Assembly (NCBI GenBank): GCA_963664705.1
Contig: OY761556.1
Span: 4,032,001-4,096,000 of the forward strand
DNA: 64,000 nucleotides
Reading direction: 5' to 3'
Source of the DNA: Acidobacteriota bacterium
GTDB lineage: Bacteria > Acidobacteriota > UBA6911
Of this stretch, positions 1 to 10,615 are shown piece after piece. A model generated the notes under the pieces. The model was not told the origin of the DNA and ran no database searches. It was given only the letters and a program-made list of their open reading frames with translations. Each line of letters opens with the position of its first letter. Within the stretch, counting starts at the first letter, position 1. Made by a program: the position numbers and the translations under genes.

Positions 1-348
1 AACAATTTCAAGCCAAAACAAATTCATGAAGATGTGTGGGTATCGCTGAGAAGCTATCGATGGCCTGGAAATGTTCGGGAACTGCGCAACGTGATCGAAC
101 GGATGGCGATATTGACTGCTTCCGAGAGCATTGGCACAGAAGCAATTCCAATGGAAATACGTCTTCAAACCGGCAGCATGGCCAACCCGGCCCTTGAAGA
201 AACAAGGGCGAACGCCGAAAGGAATCGCATCAGGCAGGTCCTGGAGGATTGCGGATGGAATATATCGGCGGCAGCCCGGTCGCTCGGGATCGAGCGGACC
301 CATCTTCACAAACGCATCCGCACTCTGGGTATTCTCAAAAACCAGTGA
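1..348 (+). CDS. Sigma-54-dependent (NtrC-family) transcriptional activator, C-terminal part; 5' end outside window
   Basis: The frame is open from base 1 (NNFKPKQIHEDVW...). It has the AAA+ lid motif YRWPGNVRELRNVIER and a Fis-type HTH (WNISAAARSLGIERTHLHKRI). Confidence 0.92.
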   Translation, partial: NNFKPKQIHEDVWVSLRSYRWPGNVRELRNVIERMAILTASESIGTEAIPMEIRLQTGSMANPALEETRANAERNRIRQVLEDCGWNISAAARSLGIERTHLHKRIRTLGILKNQ

Positions 349-360
349 AAGCCCTGCGTA

Positions 361-390
361 AAATTCGTGGCAGTTGCCTGCCACGAATTT
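361..390. terminator. Hairpin between convergent genes (probable bidirectional terminator)
   Basis: Perfect 13-bp stem AAATTCGTGGCAG / CTGCCACGAATTT with a TTGC loop, between the stops at 348 and 399. Confidence 0.7.
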
Positions 391-398
391 CACAATCC

Positions 399-2498
399 CT
401 ACTTTTTGTCGTCTCCGGATTCCTCAGAGTGCAGCCGCTCGAGCTCCAGAGGGTGCTCCTCTTCCATTTCGTGTTCCGAGATCTTGCCCGTAAGCCAGGT
501 CGTGCTCATAGGGTAAACATTCGGATTCAAAAGCACAAAATAGAAATGCCAGACTACGATGGCCAGCGTTGCCAAAACCGCTTCATAGAAATGAATCGTC
601 CTGGCGATATCCCATCCGAGCTTGGTAAGCCGGCTGATAAAATAATTGTCAAACCACATCACCAGCCCGGTCGCACTCATGATGATTACGCCCCAGATAA
701 GCGCCCAATACTCCGCTTTTTCCGGGTAACCGAAGCGATCAAATGCCGGCTTGCGTTTGGAAAGTCCCGTAAGATGCCCGAGATTCACCCAAACGTCCGC
801 AAGATCTTTCAGTCTGGGAAACATATCACGCAGGAATCCGCGACCATGCCGGCTCATCAGATAGAACAGATGCCAGAAGCTGACTCCCATCAGCACAGCC
901 GCAGCTATCCGATGCAGGAGGCTGCGTATCGCAAAGAACTTGCCGCTCATCTCTCTGAAAGGAACAACCCACCAGGCATCAGGATATTTGAGCATGAACC
1001 CGGTAATCGCAAGAAGAATGAAGCTTATAAGCGTCGCCGCGTGCTGCAGTCTCGCATTGAGAGTCATGCGCACATAGTGCCGGGTCCCGGCGTGTTCCGG
1101 ATGGATAAGTCCCTGCCGCACCGCGAAACGATATTTTGTTTTTTGAATAAAATCGAGCGCGTTGTGCAGGAACATACCACCAACAACCACGATGATCATG
1201 ACGATGTAAATAATGCGGATCCAGTACAGGACGAGAACATCTGAATCCTTGCTGATGATCACGTGAACGGGCCCTTTGGCAAAATTGCTGCCGGCCCCCG
1301 GATGGCATTGTCCGCACGTGGCGGCGAGATTCGCTTTGTTGACCGTGGAGGCAGGATCCGAAGACGGCTTGATGTTGTGAACACCATGGCAACTGGCGCA
1401 ATTCGCGACTTCCACTGATCCGGCTCTCGCGGCAAGCCCGTGATAGCTATCCTGGAAGCTATTGAACTGCTGAGAGGGCAAACCATATTTCTGGCTCAGC
1501 TGCACTGAGTTGTGGCAGGATCCGCAAACCTGTACCGACACATTGGATGGAGCCACGCGGGATCGGGAATCGCGCGGACCATAAATCTCATGTTCTCCAT
1601 GGCAGCTCGTACACGTGGGCGAATCCATGTTCCCGCGCGCCAGCGCCGTCCCGTGAACACTTTCCTTATAAATGGTTCCAATCTCGGAGTGACACCGCGA
1701 GCAAGTCTGGGCCATGTTCCTTTGATTGACCATGGAGGCGGCATCGCTGGCCTTTTTCAAATCGTGCGCACCGTGGCAATCGCTGCATGTAGCCGCTTTC
1801 TGGTTACCGGCCGCCAGGGCCGCCCCGTGCACGCTTTTACTGTAGCCGGCCATAAATGCAGGGGAATACCCCACCTGTTTGAGGATATCCGGATTATTCA
1901 AATGGCACTTCAGGCAGATGGCGGCTTCATTCTTCCGGCTCTCGCCAGGAACGATGTTGTGCGCTCCATGGCACCCGGTGCAAGTCGGCGACTTGCTATC
2001 CCTGGATGTCAGGACGTTGCGATGAGCAGAATCCGAGAACTGCCGGAGTTCCTCTTCATGGCATTTACCGCAGGTACCCGAAACATTGCCTTTGCTGACC
2101 ACGGATTTTGCATCTTTGACAGACAGTATGTCGTGCGAACCGTGGCAAGACTTGCAATCGGAAACAACACCGTGGATGCTGTTTTCAAAATTTGGTGTCT
2201 CGTGACACTTGCGACAGTTTACGGGCTTGATCACCTTTGCATGCGGAATGTCGCTCATGCTAAGACCGACGTGGCAGTCCACGCAGGAAAACATCGCATG
2301 GACCGAGCCTTTGAATTTTGCCGCATCGACAAATATGGAGGTGGTCTTTCCACCTTTGCTCATGGTCAGCCCATTGTTGCTGTGACACATGAGGCAATCC
2401 TGAGCAGTCTGACAAAGGGCCGCCGGCGCAAGGGCAGTCAGAAGACAGAGAAACGTCAAGACACAAATGGAACGACGAAATGTGCAGGGTTTTTTCAT
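399..2498 (-). CDS. Multiheme cytochrome c fused to a C-terminal cytochrome b (HydC/FdnI-type) membrane domain, CbcL-like
   Basis: Signal peptide after the ATG at 2498 (MKKPCTFRRSICVL...). I counted 13 CxxCH motifs. The C-terminal TM domain has the cytochrome b His motifs RLQH, LLHRI, TIHFYEA and VWHFY, plus FGYPEKAEYWA. Confidence 0.9.
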   Translation of the reverse strand: MKKPCTFRRSICVLTFLCLLTALAPAALCQTAQDCLMCHSNNGLTMSKGGKTTSIFVDAAKFKGSVHAMFSCVDCHVGLSMSDIPHAKVIKPVNCRKCHETPNFENSIHGVVSDCKSCHGSHDILSVKDAKSVVSKGNVSGTCGKCHEEELRQFSDSAHRNVLTSRDSKSPTCTGCHGAHNIVPGESRKNEAAICLKCHLNNPDILKQVGYSPAFMAGYSKSVHGAALAAGNQKAATCSDCHGAHDLKKASDAASMVNQRNMAQTCSRCHSEIGTIYKESVHGTALARGNMDSPTCTSCHGEHEIYGPRDSRSRVAPSNVSVQVCGSCHNSVQLSQKYGLPSQQFNSFQDSYHGLAARAGSVEVANCASCHGVHNIKPSSDPASTVNKANLAATCGQCHPGAGSNFAKGPVHVIISKDSDVLVLYWIRIIYIVMIIVVVGGMFLHNALDFIQKTKYRFAVRQGLIHPEHAGTRHYVRMTLNARLQHAATLISFILLAITGFMLKYPDAWWVVPFREMSGKFFAIRSLLHRIAAAVLMGVSFWHLFYLMSRHGRGFLRDMFPRLKDLADVWVNLGHLTGLSKRKPAFDRFGYPEKAEYWALIWGVIIMSATGLVMWFDNYFISRLTKLGWDIARTIHFYEAVLATLAIVVWHFYFVLLNPNVYPMSTTWLTGKISEHEMEEEHPLELERLHSEESGDDKK

Positions 2499-2700
2499 AG
2501 TTGTTGCCAAGATATATCCAGGAAACCGATCGCCGCAACTAAATTCAGGCTTTCGGCCCAATAGTCACTACCGACTCAACACTCGCTATAACCGTCTTTA
2601 ATGAAGACTACTTTATCATTACCGATGCGAGGTTCGAAGCACTGAAAGCGAAAATCTGAAACATTAATAAAATGCAATTTGAAGCAATACGGACCACCGA

Positions 2701-2780
2701 GACCGCTGGCGTCTCACCGGCAAAGGCGCCGCCGCCTTCACCTCGCTGTTGTCGCCGGGATGGCGGCGTTCCCGGTGACA
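2701..2780. repeat. Degenerate REP-like GC-rich palindromic element
   Basis: GGCGTCTCACCGGC at 2708-2721 matches GGCGTCTCGCCGGC at 50489-50502 and the reverse complement of GCGAGACGCCGGCGTTCC at 58761-58778. Confidence 0.45.
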
Positions 2781-2833
2781 GTGGGCAAATGCATATCTTT
2801 TCAGGCTTAGCTACGCACACGACTTGCAGTGCT

Positions 2834-5794
2834 TTACCGGTCAATGCGACGACTTTCAGGAGGGCCAAGATAGCTTGGCTTCAGGCCACCGCAATCCACA
2901 ACAATCTTCTGCAGCACGACAGCGGCATCCACCATCCAGATTTTCAGGGTGTGATATCCAGCCATTTCAATCCTGTGGACAGAGCGGACAATTCGGCCGG
3001 AATTTTTCACCGAGTCTTCCCACTCCCTATTTCCATTTCTGGCATCAAATCCTGGCGGTAGAACTTCCAGGATCTGCGGCCGCTGGTCATCAAACGATAC
3101 CGCCATTCGTATTCCCCGGTCCGGCGCGAAATTCAGGCTGGGCGCCAATGTAATCCGGACGGTCACATCTCCCGCCGATTTCAGGTACATACCATATTCC
3201 AGGCGGGGAGAATCCTGCGGGGGCAAGACGCTGCCTGATATTACCGGCATGATCGTCATCGCGGACAGAGTCTTCCCATAATCCTGTATTCTCTCCCACC
3301 GAACGCTGCCTGCCGGTATGTTCCTGGTATAGTGTTCAGCCTCTAGGGAAACAACCCCGTCTCCCTCGAGGAAGGCTCCCCGAATTGGGCTTTTTGCCGA
3401 GTACGCGCGGAATGACTGAATTTTAACATCGAGACTTTCCCCTCCTTCCCGCGTCACCCTGACACTGCCGGAGGCTGAACCTCGTGGAGCCTTGTTCCAA
3501 TCAATCGCCACCCACACCCTTTTTTCCTTCTCCACAACCCCCTGGTTCGCACTGATGGAAATCCAGGGATTACTCGGAGTCGCGGTAAATCCGAACGCGG
3601 AAGCTCCGCGGTTAAAGATGTCGAAATAGTGTCGCGATACCCCGTTGGCGTCAAATTCGGGGAGCGATGGATCTCCGGTTGAACCAGGCCAGGCCGATTG
3701 GGACCCTTCCACAGCAATGCCCATGCCTGCCTCCCTGGGCACCTGGAGGCGAATGATGGGCGGCATTACGTTCTTGGGAGGGTCCTGCCAGATCGTGTAC
3801 CCAATGTGTACCTGATCCATAAAGTGGTTCCACTTGCCGTTGCCCAGCCTATGGTTGAAATCATTCATCAAATCCGCATCCGCCTGGAAAAGTGATTCAA
3901 CCTGATCTGCCATGTCATTGGTCGCGGCTCGTCCCTGTTGCGCATACAAGGCATTTTTGCCGGCGGCAAAATACAGTTCATTTACCTGGGCGCAGGCTTT
4001 GGCGGGAAAAAGGACAAGCTGGTAGAAGGCATCCCGCGCTGCCTGCGGCAGCTTCTCAAAAACCGCTTCTGCCCTGGCAGTGATAGCTTTGTAATCCGCA
4101 ACCATCTTTTCCGCCTCACGGTAATCGGTAAGGCTGTATGTTGTCGGCTCAAGCAGTTCAGGCTTTCTGCGGCCGTTATATTTCCCGTATTGCGCAATGA
4201 TCTTTGCAGCAGCCGGACCAAAGGCAGGCCCGAACTCCCGAACCGCCCAAAGCCGTGTGTATTCATCGATATTGCTGTTCGTCCACTGTTTCGTATTCCA
4301 GCCCAGATGCATGAAATACTCGATAGGAAACTCCAGCCCTTTGAAGTGCCCGACATTGACAATCCAAATTCGATCCGCACCGTATTCCTTCGCGAGCGTC
4401 ATCTGTTCCCAGATCTTGGGAATCGGATTTGTGTTGATCCACTTGTAATTACGCGGCCCGCCGACATAATCAAAATGATAATAAATCCCTGCGCCGCCAG
4501 TTCTCTTTCGTTCAGCTTCCGTTGGAAGCCGTCGGAGGTTGCCCCAATTGTCATCCGCCCACAAAAGAGTCACATCGTCGGGAACGCGCAGTCCTTCCTT
4601 GTAATACTCCTGCACTTCCTTATAGAGACACCAGAGTTGAGGCACTCGATTGACATCGGGATTGATCTCCTCGGCAATCATCCTGCGTTGAACTCCGACG
4701 ATCTCTTCCAGCAGTGCCATGCTTTGAGCCACGGTGCCGCCGGGAATCATCGGGGTATCATCAGCCCCTCGCAACCCGATTGTCAGAATGCTTTCGTAGT
4801 TCCGGTTGCGCCGGATTCCCTCCCGCCAGAATGCCTGGAGCACATCGGGGTTCTTGTAGTAGTTCCAGTTTCCCAATATCTTGCGATAGCGTCGATCCCA
4901 CTCCTTTTGCGCGCGCAGCATGGGTTCCTGGTGCGACGTCCCCATAACAATCCCGTATTCATCAGCAAGCCTGGGGTTCTCCGGGTCGTCTTCATTAAAG
5001 GCATTGTTCCACATCGCCGGCCATAGGTAATTGCCTTTCAGCCGGAGAATCAGTTCAAAAAGCTTCGCATAGAATTGGCTGTTGTAATTCGCGACATTTG
5101 CCGGAATAGGAGGGTATTCGCTGGTCGGCACATAGCCGAACTTTTCGGCAACCCATCCACTCAGGTCCGGGGATTCATCATTTAGAAAAATCCCCCGGTA
5201 TCGGACGGACGGCTCTCCCTGCTGAAATTTTCCTGCCTTTACAAACAGGCGGGATTGATGCGCAACGGGAACATCCGCCCACCAATACCAGGGAGATACT
5301 CCGATCTGCTCGCAAAGGTCATAGATTCCATAGATCGTTCCACGTTTGTCGGAGCCCGCAATAATCAGGCCATTGCGAACACCCGGCAACGGCGCCGGCA
5401 CAACCTGCAGTAAAAAAGACTCCCATTTCCCCCGGATCTGCGATACGTCGATCCTGCCTGACTTGACCAGGTCGTCAATCACCTTGCTTCTGCCGATCGT
5501 GCCTATGATAATGACGGCATTGGAAATTTGATCAATATTACTAGTAAGAGGGACATCATTGCCCGAAACCCGGGCCAGGTCGGATTTCAGGTCTCCGGCC
5601 GCCCGGATCACTCCCGGCCAATCTGCAGAATCCACCCAGAGCGTTGACGCAAGATTCCTTTGTATGAGAGGAAAGCTTCCCGGAGAGGGAGCGTTTTGTA
5701 TATATCGCGTCTGCCCGATGGCGAAAACTTCCGCACAGCAGAGCAGGAAGCACAGACCAGCCAGCAGACCAACACCTATTCCTCTTTTCATCAT
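2834..5794 (-). CDS. Glycoside hydrolase family 115 (alpha-glucuronidase-like), secreted
   Basis: AAGGAG RBS before MMKRGIG, then a signal peptide. GH115 motifs: GSDKRGTIYG, GVSPWYWWAD, YRGIFLNDE, NYLWPAMW, GTSHQEP, DDNWG, YYHFDYVGGPRNYKW; C-terminus SYLGPPES. Confidence 0.92.
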   Translation of the reverse strand: MMKRGIGVGLLAGLCFLLCCAEVFAIGQTRYIQNAPSPGSFPLIQRNLASTLWVDSADWPGVIRAAGDLKSDLARVSGNDVPLTSNIDQISNAVIIIGTIGRSKVIDDLVKSGRIDVSQIRGKWESFLLQVVPAPLPGVRNGLIIAGSDKRGTIYGIYDLCEQIGVSPWYWWADVPVAHQSRLFVKAGKFQQGEPSVRYRGIFLNDESPDLSGWVAEKFGYVPTSEYPPIPANVANYNSQFYAKLFELILRLKGNYLWPAMWNNAFNEDDPENPRLADEYGIVMGTSHQEPMLRAQKEWDRRYRKILGNWNYYKNPDVLQAFWREGIRRNRNYESILTIGLRGADDTPMIPGGTVAQSMALLEEIVGVQRRMIAEEINPDVNRVPQLWCLYKEVQEYYKEGLRVPDDVTLLWADDNWGNLRRLPTEAERKRTGGAGIYYHFDYVGGPRNYKWINTNPIPKIWEQMTLAKEYGADRIWIVNVGHFKGLEFPIEYFMHLGWNTKQWTNSNIDEYTRLWAVREFGPAFGPAAAKIIAQYGKYNGRRKPELLEPTTYSLTDYREAEKMVADYKAITARAEAVFEKLPQAARDAFYQLVLFPAKACAQVNELYFAAGKNALYAQQGRAATNDMADQVESLFQADADLMNDFNHRLGNGKWNHFMDQVHIGYTIWQDPPKNVMPPIIRLQVPREAGMGIAVEGSQSAWPGSTGDPSLPEFDANGVSRHYFDIFNRGASAFGFTATPSNPWISISANQGVVEKEKRVWVAIDWNKAPRGSASGSVRVTREGGESLDVKIQSFRAYSAKSPIRGAFLEGDGVVSLEAEHYTRNIPAGSVRWERIQDYGKTLSAMTIMPVISGSVLPPQDSPRLEYGMYLKSAGDVTVRITLAPSLNFAPDRGIRMAVSFDDQRPQILEVLPPGFDARNGNREWEDSVKNSGRIVRSVHRIEMAGYHTLKIWMVDAAVVLQKIVVDCGGLKPSYLGPPESRRIDR

Positions 5795-5983
5795 GCAACT
5801 CCTTGCAATTCGGAGTGCGGAATTGGAATCACCTGTTCCGCCAAACCTGACCAAAATAGCGCAAAGACGGCAGGACACAAAGTTTTAAGGAATCATTTAG
5901 GCCAATGAATTCTCATGAATTTGCCTGGAATGGGAAGTCGGAGTCGTCATATTATTGCTGTTTTGTTAATTGAGGTCCCCCCT

Positions 5984-8900
5984 GTGTGGATAGTTAAAAT
6001 CGCGCTGCAGCGTCCCTATACGTTTGTCGTACTCGCCCTGTTGATCGTCGTTCTTGGCGGTATGGCTATTATCAATACGTCCAAAGACATTTTCCCCTAT
6101 ATCGATATCCCGGTTGCCACCGTAATCTGGAGCTACGGAGGACTCTCCCCGGAGGAGATGGCCAATCGGGTGCTGACGATACACGAGCGCGGCATGACCA
6201 CGGTCGTCAACGATATCGAGCACATGGAGTCGACCGCCTATAGCGGAATGGGGCTGATACGGATGTATTTTCAGCCGGGCGCAAAGATTGAGATGGCGAT
6301 CGCCCAGATCACGGCACTCTCCCAGACGATCTTAAGAACACTCCCGCCCGGTATGTTCCCACCCATGATCGTCAAGTACGATGCATCCAGCGTCCCGATT
6401 CTCCAACTGGGGATGAACAGTGACAGTCTTACCGAAGCGCAGATTTCCGATTACGGCAATAACTTTATCCGAACTCAGCTGGCCACGGTGCAAGGAGCAT
6501 CCGTGCCGATGCCATACGGCGGAAAAATGCGCACCATCATGGTGGACCTCGATCCCGAGGCCTTGTTTGCAAAAAGGGTTTCAGCCTCGGATGTTTCGAC
6601 GGCAATCAACCAGCAAAGCCTTATCCTGCCGGCAGGCACTGCAAAAATCGGCGACCGCGAGTTTTACGTGCGGATGAACAGCAGCACCGAGACAGTGCCC
6701 GCCATCAATGACCTTCCGATCAAAACGGTCAATGGGGCAACGCTCTATATCCGAGACGTCGCGCACGTGCGCGATGGAAACTCAGTACAAAACAATATCG
6801 TTCGAATGGATGGACGCCGTGCGGCACTGCTCACCGTGCTCAAGAACGGGGCAGCCTCAACACTGGATATCGTCCGCGAAATAAAGCATGAACTTCCGCG
6901 GGTCATGGCGGGATTGCCCAAAGAACTCCACATGACCGAACTGTTCGACCAATCTCTGTTTGTGCGTGCCGCTATCAACGACCTTGTCCGAGAAGCCTTG
7001 ATTGCAACGCTGCTGACCGGTCTCATGATCCTGCTTTTCCTCGGCAGCTGGCGCAGCACGCTGATTGTCTGCACATCCATACCGCTTTCGATCCTTACAT
7101 CGCTCGTAGTTCTGAGCGCCATGAACCAGACCATCAATGTGATGACGCTCGGGGGAATGGCGCTTGCCGTCGGAATCCTCGTAGACAACGCGACGGTAGC
7201 GATAGAAAACATGCACCGCAACCTGGCTCTCGGAAAGACGTTGACCCATGCAATCATGGACGGGATTCAGCAAATCGCGGTTCCGGTCTTTGTCTCAACG
7301 CTGGCCATATGCATTGTATTTGTGCCGGTGCTGCTTCTGAAAGGCGCTGCACGGTATCTTTTCACTCCGCTGGCACTGGCCGTGGTCTTTGCAATGATCG
7401 CCTCCTATCTTCTCTGCCTGACGCTTGTCCCCACGATGGTGCACTATATGCTGCCATCTGAAGTAGCCCTCTACCGCGAAGGAGAGAGAGGCAGTTCATC
7501 CAAAGGAATTCTGTGGATTATCCATGGTGGATTCCAGAAGCTCTTTGAGGGCATGCGCGGCGGCTACAGGCATGCGCTGGACTGGTGCCTCCGGCACAGG
7601 GCCATCGTGCTCTGCCTGTTTCTGCTCTTTTTTGCAGGATCGTTCCAGCTGGTTTTCATGGTTGGAGAGGACTTCTTCCCCTACGTGGATTCGGGCCAGA
7701 TGCGTTTGCATGTTTTGGCTCCGGAAGGAACCCGGATCGAGGAAACCGAACGCATTTTTGGCGAAGTGGAAAAAGAAATCCGCAATTCCATCCCGGCCGA
7801 TGAACTGAAAACAATTCTGGATAACATCGGCCTCCCGACTTCCGGCATAAACATGGCTTTCAGTGATATCTCTACAATCGGACCCGCCGATGGGGAAATC
7901 CTGATATCGCTTAAACCGGAAAAGAAGCGTCCGACTCAGGAATACGAGCGAATTTTGCGCGAAAGGCTGCGCGAAAAATTCCCCGAGGAGACCTTTTATT
8001 TCCAGGCCGCGAACATCACCAACCAGATTCTGAACTTCGGAATTCCCGCGCCTATCGACGTCCAGATAACCGGGCGAAATCTGAAAGCAAACTACCAGAT
8101 TGCCCAACTTATCGAGAGCAAGATCAAAAAAATCCGCGGTATAGCAGACGTGCGGCTGCGGCAGCAAATGAACAGCCCGACCGTCACCGTGGATGTGGAC
8201 CGCACCAAGGCCGGACAGGTGGGGCTGACCCAGCGTGATGTTGCCAACAGCATGTTGATTTCTCTCAGCGGCAGTGGACAGGTTGCGCCCAATCAATGGC
8301 TCAACCCGTTGACCGGTGTCACTTACTCCATCATGGCGCAAACGCCTCAATACCGATTGGATTCGTTCGAAGCACTGAAGCGCACGCCAGTAAGCACCAC
8401 CGGAACGGCCGCCCCGCAGCTTCTGCAAAACCTTGCACAGGTCGGACGATCGACAACCATGTCGATCGTCAATCATTACAATGTCCAGCCGGTCTTTGAT
8501 GTTTATGCCGGCAATGATCAGCGTGATCTTGGCGGAGTTGCCGAAGATGTTAACCGCATTGTAAAGGAAGTGGAGCCGAAGCTCCCTCCCGGCGCATCCA
8601 TTAAAGTCCGAGGGCAGGTTGAAACCATGCAAACGTCCTTCCTCAATCTGGGCTTCGGACTTCTGTTTGCCATTTTGCTTGTATATCTGCTCATGGTCGT
8701 AACGTTTCAGTCATGGCTGGACCCATTCATTATATTGATGGCAATCCCCGGAACGCTTTCGGGAATTCTCTGGATGCTGTTTGTCACAGGAACCACACTG
8801 AACGTCCCGTCGCTAATGGGATGCATCATGTCCATCGGAGTGGGAACCGCCAACAGCATCCTGCTTGTAGTTTTTGCTAATGACCTTCGCCGCGATCAGT

Positions 8901-9172
8901 TTGCGGGAGCGAAGGAGGCTGCGCTTACCGCAGGATTCATCCGTCTGCGCCCGGTGCTGATGACCGCCATGGCAATGATCGTCGGCATGCTCCCGATGGC
9001 GCTTGCCTATGGCGAAGGCGGAGAACAGAACGCTCCGCTGGGTCGCGCCGTGATCGGTGGACTTATCATGGCAACCATAACAACCCTGTTCTTTGTACCA
9101 ATCATCTACAGCTACCTGCGTCGGAAAGCTCCATCGGATCTGGACAAGAGAATTGTGGAAGAGCTGAAATAG
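5984..9172 (+). CDS. RND efflux transporter permease subunit (AcrB/AcrD/AcrF family)
   Basis: GTG start after GAGGT (VWIVKIALQRPYTF). Motifs: DIFPYIDIP, TINVMTLGGMALAVGILVDNA (proton-relay region), RLRPVLMTAMAMIVGMLPMA, PLGRAVIGGL. Confidence 0.95.
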   Translation: MWIVKIALQRPYTFVVLALLIVVLGGMAIINTSKDIFPYIDIPVATVIWSYGGLSPEEMANRVLTIHERGMTTVVNDIEHMESTAYSGMGLIRMYFQPGAKIEMAIAQITALSQTILRTLPPGMFPPMIVKYDASSVPILQLGMNSDSLTEAQISDYGNNFIRTQLATVQGASVPMPYGGKMRTIMVDLDPEALFAKRVSASDVSTAINQQSLILPAGTAKIGDREFYVRMNSSTETVPAINDLPIKTVNGATLYIRDVAHVRDGNSVQNNIVRMDGRRAALLTVLKNGAASTLDIVREIKHELPRVMAGLPKELHMTELFDQSLFVRAAINDLVREALIATLLTGLMILLFLGSWRSTLIVCTSIPLSILTSLVVLSAMNQTINVMTLGGMALAVGILVDNATVAIENMHRNLALGKTLTHAIMDGIQQIAVPVFVSTLAICIVFVPVLLLKGAARYLFTPLALAVVFAMIASYLLCLTLVPTMVHYMLPSEVALYREGERGSSSKGILWIIHGGFQKLFEGMRGGYRHALDWCLRHRAIVLCLFLLFFAGSFQLVFMVGEDFFPYVDSGQMRLHVLAPEGTRIEETERIFGEVEKEIRNSIPADELKTILDNIGLPTSGINMAFSDISTIGPADGEILISLKPEKKRPTQEYERILRERLREKFPEETFYFQAANITNQILNFGIPAPIDVQITGRNLKANYQIAQLIESKIKKIRGIADVRLRQQMNSPTVTVDVDRTKAGQVGLTQRDVANSMLISLSGSGQVAPNQWLNPLTGVTYSIMAQTPQYRLDSFEALKRTPVSTTGTAAPQLLQNLAQVGRSTTMSIVNHYNVQPVFDVYAGNDQRDLGGVAEDVNRIVKEVEPKLPPGASIKVRGQVETMQTSFLNLGFGLLFAILLVYLLMVVTFQSWLDPFIILMAIPGTLSGILWMLFVTGTTLNVPSLMGCIMSIGVGTANSILLVVFANDLRRDQFAGAKEAALTAGFIRLRPVLMTAMAMIVGMLPMALAYGEGGEQNAPLGRAVIGGLIMATITTLFFVPIIYSYLRRKAPSDLDKRIVEELK

Positions 9173-9211
9173 AATTTGATGAGCGCGTCTATACCGCGCG
9201 AGATACAAAAC

Positions 9212-10552
9212 ATGAATGAAGAAAAGAAATCATCCCCCCTGCGGATAACGATGATCGTCGGCATTATCCTGCTGGCAGTTATTGCCCTCTTTGCCTTTGG
9301 ATATCAACGGTACCGCAATCGTCAGCATGTGGTCGAGGCTTCGGCCGTGCGTGCGGAAAACACTATCCCGACCGTTAGCGTGGCCAAGATCCGCCGCGCA
9401 TCGAAAACGACGGCATTGACACTTCCTGGAAATACCATGCCTCTGACGGAAGCTTCTATTTATGCCCGCGCATCGGGCTATGTGAAGCAGCGGCTAGTGG
9501 ATATCGGCGACCGCGTCAAACAGGGCCAGCTGTTGGCCGAGATCGAAGCTCCCGAACTGGATCAACAGGTTGCCCAGGCGAAAGCTGCGGTAGCTCAAGC
9601 CGAAAGGCAACATGAGCAAACCAAAGCGGACTTGAACGAAGCTCGGGCCAGGATGGAGCTTGCCCGGATCACCTGGGATAGATACCGGGTACTGGTCGAG
9701 CATGGTGCGATTTCGCGCCAGGAAGGCGATCAGCAGCAAACGAACTTCCGAAGCACCTCCGCCGCGGTGAATTCGATTGAAGCCCGCATCGGCTCGGCGG
9801 AACAGAACGTTCAAGCCACACGCGCCAGCCTCGATCGCCTGATTACGCTGCAGAGCTTCGAAAAGGTCCGCGCTCCTTTTGATGGAATTATCACGGTTCG
9901 CAACTTTGACGCGGGAGCCCTGATTTCCGGCTCCGGCGGCAGCCTTGGGCTGGGCATCGGCATGGGTCCCGGAGGCGCTTCCGCCAGTTCTGCGGGCGCA
10001 CAAGGATCCGAATTATTTCGAATTGCGCAGATCGGCGTATTGAGGGTCCTGGTCAACATCCCGGAGGTCAATGCCCCGGCGATACACTCAGGACAAATTG
10101 CCAATATCCAAACCCAGGCCTTTCCGAACCGCAAGTTCCAGGGCCGTATTGTCCGGACGGCAAATGCTATTGATGTCAGTTCCCGCACCATGCTGACCGA
10201 AATCCAGGTATCCAATCCCGGCAGTCAATTGCTGCCCGGCATGTTTGTTCAGGTTCAGCTGGAAAACACGCGCTTGGAGCCGCCCTTCATAATCCCTGGT
10301 GACAGCCTGATTACCTCCAGCAAGGGACTCCGGGTAGCGGTTGCTGCGGACCTGCCGGCCGACACCGCCAGATCACACTCGCAGGATGCCCGGCAGGTGC
10401 ACCTGAAGCCTATTCAGATCGGGAATGACAGCGGGCTGGAAATCGAGATTCTCGGCGGGTTGGACGGCACAGAAGATCTGATCGTCAACCCGGGAGACGA
10501 TACCGTGGAGGGAGCTGTGGTCCGCCCGGTCCGCAAAGCCGGCGCGAAATAG
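9212..10552 (+). CDS. RND efflux periplasmic adaptor (membrane fusion protein)
   Basis: N-terminal TM anchor, lipoyl-like halves IYARASGYV...DIGDRVKQGQLLA and VRAPFDGIIT, a coiled-coil hairpin, and LLPGMFVQV. Confidence 0.93.
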   Translation: MNEEKKSSPLRITMIVGIILLAVIALFAFGYQRYRNRQHVVEASAVRAENTIPTVSVAKIRRASKTTALTLPGNTMPLTEASIYARASGYVKQRLVDIGDRVKQGQLLAEIEAPELDQQVAQAKAAVAQAERQHEQTKADLNEARARMELARITWDRYRVLVEHGAISRQEGDQQQTNFRSTSAAVNSIEARIGSAEQNVQATRASLDRLITLQSFEKVRAPFDGIITVRNFDAGALISGSGGSLGLGIGMGPGGASASSAGAQGSELFRIAQIGVLRVLVNIPEVNAPAIHSGQIANIQTQAFPNRKFQGRIVRTANAIDVSSRTMLTEIQVSNPGSQLLPGMFVQVQLENTRLEPPFIIPGDSLITSSKGLRVAVAADLPADTARSHSQDARQVHLKPIQIGNDSGLEIEILGGLDGTEDLIVNPGDDTVEGAVVRPVRKAGAK

Positions 10553-10615
10553 CGCGATGGTCGACTTCATAAAACGCATGACGATTCCGTAACATCCGGA
10601 GCAGCAGGTCCCAAT

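Noticed and set aside
2620-2650. GGTTCGAA resembling a tRNA T-loop (also GGTTCGAC near 21842)
   Set aside because: Flanks do not form a T-stem and no cloverleaf can be drawn.
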